Below, piece after piece: positions 36,136-45,259 of a DNA stretch of 48,709 nt. The notes beneath the pieces are model-generated. The model did no database searches and had not been told where the DNA came from. It saw only the letters and a program-made list of their open reading frames with translations. The position numbers and the translations under genes were made by a program. The stretch spans positions 1 through 48,709 of the forward strand of contig DAOPJC010000001.1 in assembly GCA_035399485.1 (NCBI GenBank), written 5' to 3'. Source of the DNA: Bacilli bacterium. GTDB taxonomy: Bacteria; Bacillota_I; Bacilli_A; RF39; UBA660. The number at the start of each line of letters is the position of its first letter. Position 1 is the stretch's first letter.

Positions 36136-38271
36136 CTATTTCCAAATTTGATTATTATTTGTATTTTTTATATCATTATAAATTTCTAATAAATACTTTC
36201 CATCTATATCTATTAAAGGCTCATACATAAACGAATTACAATGAATAAATTCTGGTGTAGATATTTGAACTCTTTCAATTAATTCTAAAATTATAGGATC
36301 TAATTCTTCTTTATACTTATCTTTTAATTGGGATAACTGATTTGTTTCTATATTTTCAATTAATTTAAAATTATCTCCGATTATTTTTTCTTCTATTTTT
36401 AATCTACATGCAATTGATAATATAGTCTTTGGAATAATATCATATTGATTACTTAAATTTACATCATCAGCAAGTTTGTAAATAAGATTTAAATAATTAT
36501 CTGCACCGTTTCCACTGAATTTAATTTCCGGAAAAAATTTTTTTATATCTGAAATTATTATATTTTTTGTACTTTCTTTATAATGTAAGCAATTATCTAA
36601 TAAGTTTGTATCCTCCTTAAGCATAGTTTTTATTTCTCTTAAATATGGAATTGCATAAATAAATTGATTAACATTATTTATATCAAATACTTTTTCAATA
36701 TCATTATTCAGTTTTCTATTTTCCTCTACGTATACTTTACCTTCATTTGAGTATGCGGATAATCTTTCCAATTCAGGAATTCTTCTTTCTAATGTTCTAT
36801 AGAACTCATAATTATGAGTTAATATAATGATTGAAACTTTATCTTTAACTAAGTCATCAACATATTCTATAAAAGCATGCCTATTGGAATAATCAAATGT
36901 TTCAACCAAATCATCTAAAACCAAAATAGGATTATTACTTTTATTAGCTTCGTATTCAACAATAAAACTAATAATATTTAAAGCAGTCTTTTCCCCAGAG
37001 GATAATATCTTTCTTAAATCTGATTCCGACATATTTTTATTCTTATTTCTATTATGCTTAAATGATAATATTGGAACACTTTCTCCTAAAACTGACTCAA
37101 CTTTATTTGAAATTGAAATATCAAATATGGGATTAAATCTATTTTTGTATATCTTTATGGCATTTTCAAAATCACTTTGTTTTTCTTTAGCATCAACGAT
37201 TAATTTGGAATATTCATTTTTAGTTTCTTTTATTATTTTTTCAAATTCATCGATTTCAAAATTTTGTTGTTTTAATGCTATTGCAACAATGTTTCTTTTC
37301 CCTAAAGCAAGTTGGTTAACTAGCAATGGATCTTCATTAAATTGTTTTTGAAGTTTTTTAGCCTCTGCTGAAGTTCCCATTGATTTAACTAATTCACTAT
37401 TAGCAGCTAAAACACTTGAATCTGAAGAAATATTTCTAATCGCTTCTTTAAAAACGACATCGATTTCATCATATTTAAAATACTTCTCATCTTTAAGAAC
37501 AATACCGCGCTTTTTTTCTTCGCTTAAATAATTGTTCTTTTTCACTTCTTGAAGAAATGAAATGCAATTACTATCATTAAAGTTTTCATCGAATAGTTCT
37601 TCATTCAGTCTCTTATTAAATATATTTGCGTAATTTGTTGCAGATTCTTTAAAACCATCATTGTCTATTGGATCATATGCCTTTTGAAATAAATTCCTTA
37701 AATTTATTTTTGATATGTCTAAATCATCTACATTTTTTATATCGGCTAGAAGTTTTTCTAAATCATTAATATTTAAACTATCAATAGATTTATTAGTTAA
37801 CATATTTACAGAATTCTCTACATTTAATCCTGCATTTTTTAGTTTTGATTTTAGACTATCATTTATTTTTTCGATTGATTTACTCATCAACAAATTTAAC
37901 GATTCTTTTCTATCATTATCAATTGTTAGCAATCTTAATTCTTGATTATAGTTTGATAGTTCTATATTTCCTTTTTCATATAATTCTCTTGAAAATACAA
38001 TAAATCTATTTTGAAAATTATTAGATTCAACAATTCCACCTTCCATAATAAAATCAATTTTTATTGATGAAGGAATATCAGTGAGTCTATCTTTTATGTC
38101 ATCAATATTTCCTCGTGATAAATTATTTAGTGTTCTAGAAAAAGAAGTTTTAAATGTTCCATTTCTTGAATATATAAGTGATTGATATAACACTTTATCC
38201 CCATTATAATTTATACTTAAACTTTTTATACCATATGCATTTTCCATCTCTTTAAACTTTACTTTTATCAT
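36136..38271 (-). CDS. large ABC/SMC-like (AAA_13, PrrC/RloC-like) ATPase with a degenerate Walker A and an uncharacterised C-terminal domain
   Basis: IYSRNGTFKTSFSR in place of GxNGxGKT, a K/E-rich insertion of about 380 aa, signature LSSGEKTAL, Walker B ILVLDDLVETFD, H-loop ILTHN, then about 220 aa unknown. Start at the ATG behind GGAG. Confidence 0.7.
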   Translation of the reverse strand: MIKVKFKEMENAYGIKSLSINYNGDKVLYQSLIYSRNGTFKTSFSRTLNNLSRGNIDDIKDRLTDIPSSIKIDFIMEGGIVESNNFQNRFIVFSRELYEKGNIELSNYNQELRLLTIDNDRKESLNLLMSKSIEKINDSLKSKLKNAGLNVENSVNMLTNKSIDSLNINDLEKLLADIKNVDDLDISKINLRNLFQKAYDPIDNDGFKESATNYANIFNKRLNEELFDENFNDSNCISFLQEVKKNNYLSEEKKRGIVLKDEKYFKYDEIDVVFKEAIRNISSDSSVLAANSELVKSMGTSAEAKKLQKQFNEDPLLVNQLALGKRNIVAIALKQQNFEIDEFEKIIKETKNEYSKLIVDAKEKQSDFENAIKIYKNRFNPIFDISISNKVESVLGESVPILSFKHNRNKNKNMSESDLRKILSSGEKTALNIISFIVEYEANKSNNPILVLDDLVETFDYSNRHAFIEYVDDLVKDKVSIIILTHNYEFYRTLERRIPELERLSAYSNEGKVYVEENRKLNNDIEKVFDINNVNQFIYAIPYLREIKTMLKEDTNLLDNCLHYKESTKNIIISDIKKFFPEIKFSGNGADNYLNLIYKLADDVNLSNQYDIIPKTILSIACRLKIEEKIIGDNFKLIENIETNQLSQLKDKYKEELDPIILELIERVQISTPEFIHCNSFMYEPLIDIDGKYLLEIYNDIKNTNNNQIWK

Positions 38272-38348
38272 ACTATCAACTCCTTCAACGTAAAAAACAG
38301 CACCCATCTTAAAAAATGAAATACTGCTTTATCATCTATTTAATTATA

Positions 38349-38972
38349 TCATATATTTTTGCTTTCTAATGTTATAATCTGATTTTTTGAAATATAATTA
38401 ATAAAATATGATTTCAACTCATCATCAGTTCTTTTTTCGTTATCTAAATTAAGTTGTAGCCCCATTTTTATATAGGCACTTTTCTTTGATTCATAATATT
38501 TGTCTTTATATAGCATTAATTCATCCATTAAAACTTCATCTGTATATTCTGAAGGATTCATAAATTCAAAATTTTTTAATATAAATTTTTCAACTTCATC
38601 AAGGTTTTTAAAAGAATCTCTAATTCGATAAAGCAAGTTTTCACATAGTGATATTTCTTTTTCATACATTTTCTTAGAATATACTTTAAATGCAACATCA
38701 TAATCTAAATTTCTTCCCCATTTATCAAAAGATTCAATTTTATAATTTGGATCTTCTAAAAAAATAATATTTAATTCTTCATCAATACTATATTTTAAAA
38801 ACTTTTGATAACAAATATGATTAAAATAATTTTCTTGCATTAAATCTAGCAAATTTCGAAATTCTTTTCTCAGGTAGTTAAAATCATATTTTTTTATCAT
38901 GCTTGAGGACAATGTTTTAGTTATTTCTAGCTTATTAACTTGAAGTTTTCCTTTTTCATCTAATACTATCAT
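38349..38972 (-). CDS. ArpU/sigma-region-4-like putative transcription regulator
   Basis: C-terminus LDEVEKFILKNFEF...TDEVLMDELMLYKDKYYESKKSAYIKMGLQL. ATG behind AAGGAGG. Confidence 0.45.
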   Translation of the reverse strand: MIVLDEKGKLQVNKLEITKTLSSSMIKKYDFNYLRKEFRNLLDLMQENYFNHICYQKFLKYSIDEELNIIFLEDPNYKIESFDKWGRNLDYDVAFKVYSKKMYEKEISLCENLLYRIRDSFKNLDEVEKFILKNFEFMNPSEYTDEVLMDELMLYKDKYYESKKSAYIKMGLQLNLDNEKRTDDELKSYFINYISKNQIITLESKNI

Positions 38973-39102
38973 TTGATACCTCCTTAACAAAAAAAGAGGA
39001 TAAAAAACCAAAGGTTAATTATCCTCTTTAATATCAATAACATAAATTAAACATGTTTTTCGTTGTTTCATAGTATCACTCCAAACAAATTAATTGTTTT
39101 AT

Positions 39103-39130
39103 ATAATATCACTTTTTGAAAATAAATCAA
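39103..39130 (-). promoter_or_regulatory. putative promoter for the ArpU-like/ATPase genes
   Basis: Minus strand TTGATT-16 nt-TGaTATTAT, directly downstream of the integrase stop. Confidence 0.45.
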
Positions 39131-39157
39131 TAGTTTTACAAAAAATAGATATTATAT

Positions 39158-40465
39158 TTAAAATTGAAGTGGTAAATCTTGTATTAGTGGAATTTTTAAA
39201 CAATTAGTATAATCCTCAAATTTATATACTGTATCAGTTTCCATCTTACTTGTTACTTTTACATATATATTATAAGTGGTTTGTATTGTAGAATGTCCTA
39301 GTCTTTTAGATACTGCTTTAATATCAGCCCCTCTTTCTATTAATCTAGTGGCATGAGTATCTCTAAAGTCGTGAAATCTACACGGTATTTTTAATTCATA
39401 ATTTATTATTTTAAAAGCATGTCTTACTGTTTCAGTTCCTCTAAAATGTCCATTAGGTTTAACAAATACTAAATCAGCTTCTTTTAAATCTAATTCTAGT
39501 TCTGATTTAGCATCTAAAATCTTTATTTCAAATCTATGAGTATATTCATTTATAACTTTTTTTTCATAATGTTTCAAATAAGAATCTCCATAAAATTTTT
39601 TGTTTTCTGATTGCATTTTTTTATATTCTTTTAATGCTTTAACTAATGTATCTCCAATAGATATAGTTCGTCTAGATTGCGGATTTTTACAAGAACCATA
39701 AAACCAAGTTTCAACTGAATGGCCTTTAGCTATTGTATATTTTTTAGGTTTACCAAATTGATTTTTTTTAATTACATTCTTATTTATAGTTAAAGTCTTA
39801 TTTTCAAAATCTATACAATCCTAAGTTAAACCAAATACTTCTGATACTCTCATTCCAGTATAATATGCTGTTATTAATTAATAATAGACATAAGGTACAT
39901 CTTTAAATCTTTCTAGTATTCTCTCAATTTCTTCACCCGTAAATATGTGTGCTGGGTCACCTGATACAACTTCATATTTTGGAATATGTACTCTTTCAGC
40001 TGGATTATCATTAATAAAATTAACTGTATAATAAGCATATTTTAAAGATCCTTTAATTGTTTTTAATATTCCTTTTAAATACCATTTAGATAAATTTTTT
40101 TCTAAGTATAATCCATTTATAAACTCTTGTATCAACTGTGTATTTATTTGCGATAAACTATAATATCCTAATCTTGGTTTTAGATAATTCTTTATAATAT
40201 TTAAATATGTAATTATTGTTGAATATTTTAAATTAAAATTACAATATGTATCAACCCAGTAATCTAAGTAATCACTATAAGATAGTTCCTTATTTTTCTG
40301 AACCTTACCTATCTTATAAAAATCATTATATGCAAATGCTCCTTCTTTTAAAGCTTCTGCCTTTGTTTCATATCCTGATTTAGTAATCCATTTCCTTGTC
40401 CCATCAATACTCGATGTTTCAAATCGGTATTCATATACTTTGCCACGTTTTCTTACACTTACCAT
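39158..40465 (-). pseudogene. tyrosine integrase with two in-frame nonsense codons
   Basis: Single reading frame with TAA at 39878-39880 and TAG at 39821-39823 (GLT-stop-DCIDF, where integrases usually have LTW). The catalytic C-terminus HDFRDTHATRL...GHSTIQTTYNIY is preserved. Confidence 0.8.
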
Positions 40466-40530
40466 TTTTTTAATCTCCCTTTCTTGGTAAACAAAAAATG
40501 CCATCATAATTGATGACATTTATACACTTA

Positions 40531-40618
40531 GTGTCCACTTTTAATAATAAGTATTACATGACATTTTTAGTTCGATTGTCCACATATTTTAATTTACGTG
40601 GACAAAATGTGGACAAAT
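40531..40618. repeat. four GTGGACA(AA) repeats (two inverted, two direct 11 bp apart), putative arm-type sites at the right end
   Basis: Inverted copies at 40531-40540 and 40576-40585. Direct copies at 40598-40607 and 40609-40618. Confidence 0.55.
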
Positions 40619-40674
40619 CGCATTTTTAGGCTTTTTTTGTGTTGACAAAATCCTCACAAACCATTATAAATACT

Positions 40675-40719
40675 ACTATTTACCACAACATTGTTTATAT
40701 TTCTTACCACTTCCACATG
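40675..40719. repeat. right att-type direct repeat (3' end of intact secA)
   Basis: 40/45 identity with 20240-20284. Confidence 0.8.
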
Positions 40720-43168
40720 GGCATGGTTCATTACGGCCTATTTTTTTTGAAGTTTTAGGTTGTTTTTTAGAACTCTTATCTTCATTTGTTACTTCAGCTT
40801 TAGCAACTTGTTTTCTTTCAACATTTTGTCTTATTTCTGCTTTAATTAAATATAAAGTTGTTTGTTTATCAATATTAATTAATAAATCTTCAAATAATTC
40901 AAATCCTTCATTTGTATAAGCGCGTAAAGGATCTTCATTAGCATATCCTCTTAAATAAATACCTTCTCTTAATATAGACATAGTATTAATATGTTCCATC
41001 CAATAAGTATCTATTACTCTTAATGAGATTGCTTTTTCAAATTCATTCTTTAATTCATCTGGAATATCTTTGATTTTTTCGTCGTATTCTTTAGTCAATC
41101 TAGAAACAATAATATTAACTACCTCTTCAGGTTTTATTTTTTCTAAATCTTTTTTATTGATTGCTTTCTTTAATAAATTACCATTAACAACTTCTAATAT
41201 TTCATCTAAGTCATTACTTGTTAATTCATTTTCAGGAGCAATATGTGAAAATACTAAATCATAGATATAATTATCAAATGATTCAATTACAGTTTCATGA
41301 ATTGATTCATTATTTAATATATTATTACGTTTTTCATATATCTTTTCTCTTTGTTGATTAATAACATCATCATATTGAAGTAAGTTTTTACGCATATCAT
41401 AGTTTGCACCTTCAACACGTTTTTGTGCTTGTTCAATTGATGAAGATATCATTTTATGTCTAATTGCCATATCATCATTAAATCCTAATGATTGCAATAA
41501 ACCTTTTGCTCTATCTGTACCAAATCTAACCATTAAATCATCTTCAAAAGATACATAGAATTGTGAGAATCCTGGATCACCTTGACGTCCTGAACGTCCT
41601 CTTAATTGGTTATCTATACGTCTTGATTCATGTCTTTCAGTACCTAATACTGCAAGTCCACCTAATTCTCTTACGCCTTCACCTAATTTAATATCGGCTC
41701 CACGTCCAGCCATATTAGTTGCAATTGTAACTGCACCTTTTTGACCAGCTTGCATAATTAATTCACTTTCACGTTGATGATTCTTAGCATTTAATACTTC
41801 ATGAGGAATATGTTCTTTCTTTAGTAATGAACTTAAAAGTTCACTTGTTTCTACAGCAACTGTACCAATTAAAACTGGTTGTCCTTCTTCATGACGTTTC
41901 TTAATTTCTTTTACTATTGCCTTATATTTACCTTGTTGAGTAGAATATATTAAATCACCATAATCTATTCTTGCTACAGGTTTATTTGTTGGAATACTAA
42001 TAACATACATATTATAAATATCTCTGAATTCTTCTGCTTCTGTTTTAGCAGTACCTGTCATACCAGATATTTTTTTATACATTCTAAATAAATTTTGGAA
42101 TGTAATAGTTGCTAAAGTTTTAGTTTCTTTTTGAATTTCAACTCCTTCTTTAGCTTCAATTGCTTGATGTAATCCATCTGAGTAAGCACGTCCATGCATT
42201 AAACGTCCTGTAAATGAATCTACTATTACTACTTTTCCATCTTCTACTACATAATCAAAATCTTTCTTCATAGCATAATTTGCTCTTAAAGCTTGATTAA
42301 TATAATGAACTAAATTTGTATTATTAACATCAAATAAATTCCCTACTGAGAAAGTTTTTTCGGCTTTTTCAACACCTTTATTATCAAGTGTAACTGCTTT
42401 TAATTTTTCATCATATAGATATCCATCATTTTCTTTTAATGATTTTACAAATCTATCTGTTTCTTTATATAAATTTGCTGAGCTCATTGAACCACCAGAA
42501 ATAATTAATGGTGTTCTTGCTTCATCTATTAATACTGAGTCAACTTCATCTATAATTACAAAGTTAAATGGTCTTTGGCATCTATCTTCAGCTTTAACAA
42601 CCATGTTATCACGTAGATAATCAAAACCTATTTCATTATTTGTAGAATATAAGATATCACAATTATAGGCATCTTTCTTTTCCTTTGGAGTCATATCACG
42701 ATAGTTTACTCCAACAGTAAGTCCTAAGAATCTATAAATGTTACCCATCCATTCTGAATCACGTCCAGCTAGATATTCATTTACTGTAATAATATGTACT
42801 CCTTCACCAGGTAGTGCATTTAAGTATGCTGGCAATGTTGAAGTTAAGGTTTTACCTTCACCAGTACGCATCTCTGCAATATTACCATAATGAATTGCTA
42901 AACCACCTAAAATTTGTACATAGAATGGTTTTTCTTTATTAACTCTCCATGCTGCTTCTCTAACAGTGGCAAAGGCTTCAACTAAGATATCATCTAAAGT
43001 TTGCCCTTCACTTAGTCTTTTTCTAAACTCTTCAGTTTTTGCTTGTAATTTTTTATCACTTAATTTAGAATATTCATCTTCTAAAGCTATAACTTTATCA
43101 GCTATTATTTTAAACTCTTCTAATTGTTTGTATTCATGATCAAAAATTTTTCTAAAAAATTTCATCAT
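40676..43168 (-). CDS. secA: preprotein translocase ATPase SecA
   Basis: MRTGEGKTL Walker A, IIDEVDSVLIDEARTPLIISG, TNMAGRGADIKLG, C-terminal zinc motif CPCGSGKKYKQCCG. Confidence 0.95.
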   Translation of the reverse strand: MMKFFRKIFDHEYKQLEEFKIIADKVIALEDEYSKLSDKKLQAKTEEFRKRLSEGQTLDDILVEAFATVREAAWRVNKEKPFYVQILGGLAIHYGNIAEMRTGEGKTLTSTLPAYLNALPGEGVHIITVNEYLAGRDSEWMGNIYRFLGLTVGVNYRDMTPKEKKDAYNCDILYSTNNEIGFDYLRDNMVVKAEDRCQRPFNFVIIDEVDSVLIDEARTPLIISGGSMSSANLYKETDRFVKSLKENDGYLYDEKLKAVTLDNKGVEKAEKTFSVGNLFDVNNTNLVHYINQALRANYAMKKDFDYVVEDGKVVIVDSFTGRLMHGRAYSDGLHQAIEAKEGVEIQKETKTLATITFQNLFRMYKKISGMTGTAKTEAEEFRDIYNMYVISIPTNKPVARIDYGDLIYSTQQGKYKAIVKEIKKRHEEGQPVLIGTVAVETSELLSSLLKKEHIPHEVLNAKNHQRESELIMQAGQKGAVTIATNMAGRGADIKLGEGVRELGGLAVLGTERHESRRIDNQLRGRSGRQGDPGFSQFYVSFEDDLMVRFGTDRAKGLLQSLGFNDDMAIRHKMISSSIEQAQKRVEGANYDMRKNLLQYDDVINQQREKIYEKRNNILNNESIHETVIESFDNYIYDLVFSHIAPENELTSNDLDEILEVVNGNLLKKAINKKDLEKIKPEEVVNIIVSRLTKEYDEKIKDIPDELKNEFEKAISLRVIDTYWMEHINTMSILREGIYLRGYANEDPLRAYTNEGFELFEDLLINIDKQTTLYLIKAEIRQNVERKQVAKAEVTNEDKSSKKQPKTSKKIGRNEPCPCGSGKKYKQCCGK

Positions 43169-43251
43169 ATCATTCCTTTCATGTTACTATTCTATTTTAT
43201 CAAAAATCTCTTTAAAATAAAAGGATTATTACAATTTTTTAATATTATTTC

Positions 43252-43286
43252 AAAAAAAAAATGATATATACATCAGTATATATCAT
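43252..43286 (-). terminator. rho-independent terminator of hpf
   Basis: Perfect 11-bp stem ATGATATATAC/GTATATATCAT followed by T9 on the minus strand. Confidence 0.7.
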
Positions 43287-43294
43287 TTAATAAT

Positions 43295-43828
43295 TTATTT
43301 AGTATCTATTATACCATAATCTCCAGCTTTTCTCTTGTATACAACACTGATATTATCAGTCTTTGCATTCTTGAAAATATAGAAATCATGATCTAATAAT
43401 TCCATTTGAAGAACAGCTTCTTCTTCACTCATTGGTTTAGTATCTAATTGTTTTCTTTTAACAATTGTACTCTTGTTTTCTTCAATAGGAGTTTCTGCAA
43501 TATCGAAAGTAAAATCTTCGAATACAGGTTTAATTTTTTTACCTTGCATTTTAGTCTTATTTTTTCTTATTTGTCTTTCTAATTTGTCTGAAACTAAATC
43601 TATTGATGCATATAAATCTTTATGGCTTTCTTCACTTCTTAAAATTGTTTTGTTGGCTGGTATTGTGACTTCTACTATTTGACTATTATCTCTTATACGA
43701 ATAACAACTGTCGCTGTTATATCCTCTGGCGCATTAAAGTGTTTTTCTAGTCTTCCTATTTTTTCTTCAATATAATTTTTAATTGAATCTGTAACTTCTA
43801 CTCTTTGACCTCTAATAATAAACTTCAT
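43295..43828 (-). CDS. hpf: ribosome hibernation-promoting factor (long HPF)
   Basis: MKFIIRGQRVEVTDSIKNYIEEKIGRLEKHF plus the C-terminal dimerisation part HDFYIFKN. ATG behind GGAGGG. Confidence 0.85.
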   Translation of the reverse strand: MKFIIRGQRVEVTDSIKNYIEEKIGRLEKHFNAPEDITATVVIRIRDNSQIVEVTIPANKTILRSEESHKDLYASIDLVSDKLERQIRKNKTKMQGKKIKPVFEDFTFDIAETPIEENKSTIVKRKQLDTKPMSEEEAVLQMELLDHDFYIFKNAKTDNISVVYKRKAGDYGIIDTK

Positions 43829-43972
43829 ATTATCTTCCCTCCAATTTTCAATTAACAATTTGTAAAATATCTAGTTTGTAACTATTGTAATATAGTAGTC
43901 CATTGGTACACCAACTCTCCATAAATATTTACAAGTTTATTATAGCACATTAATTTCAAAAAAAAAACCACT

Positions 43973-44191
43973 TTATACTAAAGCAGTTTTTGTTTCTACT
44001 ATGTTTTTAGCTTGTAAGCCTTTAGCTGTATGAACTAATTCAAATTCTACAAATTGTCCTTCAACTAATGTTTTATAACCATCTGAAAGGATAGCTGAAT
44101 AATGAATGAAAATATCTTCACCATTTTCATATTCTATAAAACCATATCCTTTAGCATTGTTAAACCATTTAACTTTCCCTTTTATCATCAT
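43973..44191 (-). CDS. cold-shock protein (CspA family)
   Basis: [18 protein letters not shown]1 and [11 protein letters not shown]2 motifs. Confidence 0.9.
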   Translation of the reverse strand: MMIKGKVKWFNNAKGYGFIEYENGEDIFIHYSAILSDGYKTLVEGQFVEFELVHTAKGLQAKNIVETKTALV

Positions 44192-44485
44192 AAATCTCCC
44201 TTCTAGTAATTTCTCTTACATTATTAATATAATTGATTTGGGTGCCCCTTTTCAAGAAAATCAAATCTACAAATTTCGACATTTTTTTTAGGAGCAAATA
44301 AATTATATTATTTTTAAATAAATCGAATAAAATACTATGTCTAAAATTGTCGAATTTTGGCATAAAATTTAAAATGATATTCTTTCCGAGGGTATTTTTT
44401 AATTTTAAACATTAAAAATGTATTTCTATTCATGCACAGCCTTTTATCATCAAATGAACTGATAAAAATATCATAGAGGTGCTGT

Positions 44486-45082
44486 ATGAGTAGTAAAATA
44501 TTTGCCGATAAGATGATGATATTTTTAAAGAAATATAAGAATTATTCACATAGAGATGAATTATTAGCGCATTATGGTCTTGAAACAATATATATTTTTA
44601 TTACTAAAATGTTTATTATTACAATAATAAGTTTAATATTTAATATTACTAAAGAAATGTATATATTTATTTTCTTTTATGGATTACTTAGATTATATGC
44701 ATCTGGAATGCATTTATCTAGTAGCTTAGGTTGTACTTGCTTTTCAAGTATTGTATTAATAGGACTTCCTTTAATAACTAAATTCACGTCTATTCCTTTT
44801 AATTATAGAATTTTATTAGCTGGTATATGCTTATGTATATTTGCATTATATAGTCCAGCAGATACAATAAGGAAGCCCTTAATTCATGAAGAAAAAAGAA
44901 TTAAAAATAAAATAAAGAGTAGTTTTATATGTTATATATACATAATATTATTATTTATAATTAAAGATACATTTATATTAAATTGCATTACCTATTCAAT
45001 GATATTGCAATCCTTTCTAATAAGTCTATTGACATATAAATTATTCAATCAATCTTATAATAATTATAAGATTTATAAATGA
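44486..45082 (+). CDS. agrB: AgrB-family AIP-processing membrane peptidase
   Basis: Multi-TM protein with LRLYASGMHLSSSLGC (His and Cys with the same spacing as AgrB H77/C84). Confidence 0.75.
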   Translation: MSSKIFADKMMIFLKKYKNYSHRDELLAHYGLETIYIFITKMFIITIISLIFNITKEMYIFIFFYGLLRLYASGMHLSSSLGCTCFSSIVLIGLPLITKFTSIPFNYRILLAGICLCIFALYSPADTIRKPLIHEEKRIKNKIKSSFICYIYIILLFIIKDTFILNCITYSMILQSFLISLLTYKLFNQSYNNYKIYK

Positions 45083-45103
45083 TTGTAGAAAGGAGAATAA
45101 AAA

Positions 45104-45220
45104 ATGGGGTTATTTGCTAATTTATTATCTTTCTTTAGCATTAGCGCAGGATTAGAACAATCTAGAGATACAGTTCTAATAATGTGGGCTGAGCCTGAAT
45201 GTCCAAAAGAATTACTATAA
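45104..45220 (+). CDS. agrD: AgrD-like autoinducing peptide precursor (38 aa), non-canonical
   Basis: AGGAG SD 8 nt upstream, 21 nt after the agrB stop. Sequence MGLFANLLSFFSISAGLEQSRDTVLIMWAEPECPKELL with an EPxxPKEL tail. Not in the ORF track. Confidence 0.6.
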   Translation: MGLFANLLSFFSISAGLEQSRDTVLIMWAEPECPKELL

Positions 45221-45225
45221 TTCAA

Positions 45226-45259
45226 CAAAAAATAGATTTCAAATGAAATCTATTTTTTT
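45226..45259. terminator. bidirectional terminator between convergent agrBD and agrCA-like genes
   Basis: ATAGATTTC-AAAT-GAAATCTAT flanked by A6 and T7. Confidence 0.7.

Larger units (their letters stand above)
20240..40719. mobile_element. composite integrative island inserted at the 3' end of secA (decaying; nested or tandem elements)
   Basis: Flanking 45-bp direct repeats, arm-type repeats at both ends, tyrosine integrase next to the secA end, an internal serine recombinase, xis-like, ParB-like and HTH genes. Confidence 0.75.

Noticed and set aside
20516-38307. Septu-like pairing (ATPase PtuA plus HNH PtuB)
   Set aside because: The ATPase and the HNH gene are about 15 kb apart at opposite ends of the island, with unrelated modules between them. 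They are not an operon.
39015-39071. 18-aa ORF (MKQRKTCLIYVIDIKEDN) with a GGAGTGA SD between the promoter at 39103-39130 and the ArpU-like gene
   Set aside because: It may be a leader peptide. It is very short, and without conservation data it cannot be told apart from chance in AT-rich DNA.
39821-39880. Stop-codon reassignment or programmed read-through as an explanation for the in-frame TAA/TAG codons in the integrase, ParB-A (22879-22881) and 47720-47722
   Set aside because: TAA, TAG and TGA all terminate conserved genes at their expected ends (secA and trpS with TAG, hpf and csp with TAA, the XRE gene at 8607 with TGA). Pseudogenisation or sequence error is the simpler explanation.
20240-40719. 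Prophage
   Set aside because: There are no capsid, portal, terminase, tail or lysis genes. The content fits an integrative island or a mosaic of small integrative elements.
44192-44485. LytTR (AgrA-type) direct-repeat binding sites and an RNAIII-like transcript between the csp gene and agrB
   Set aside because: I could not find a pair of ACAGTT-like 9-bp repeats with about 12-bp spacing. Part of this region is probably the long csp 5' UTR. The question is left open and not reported.
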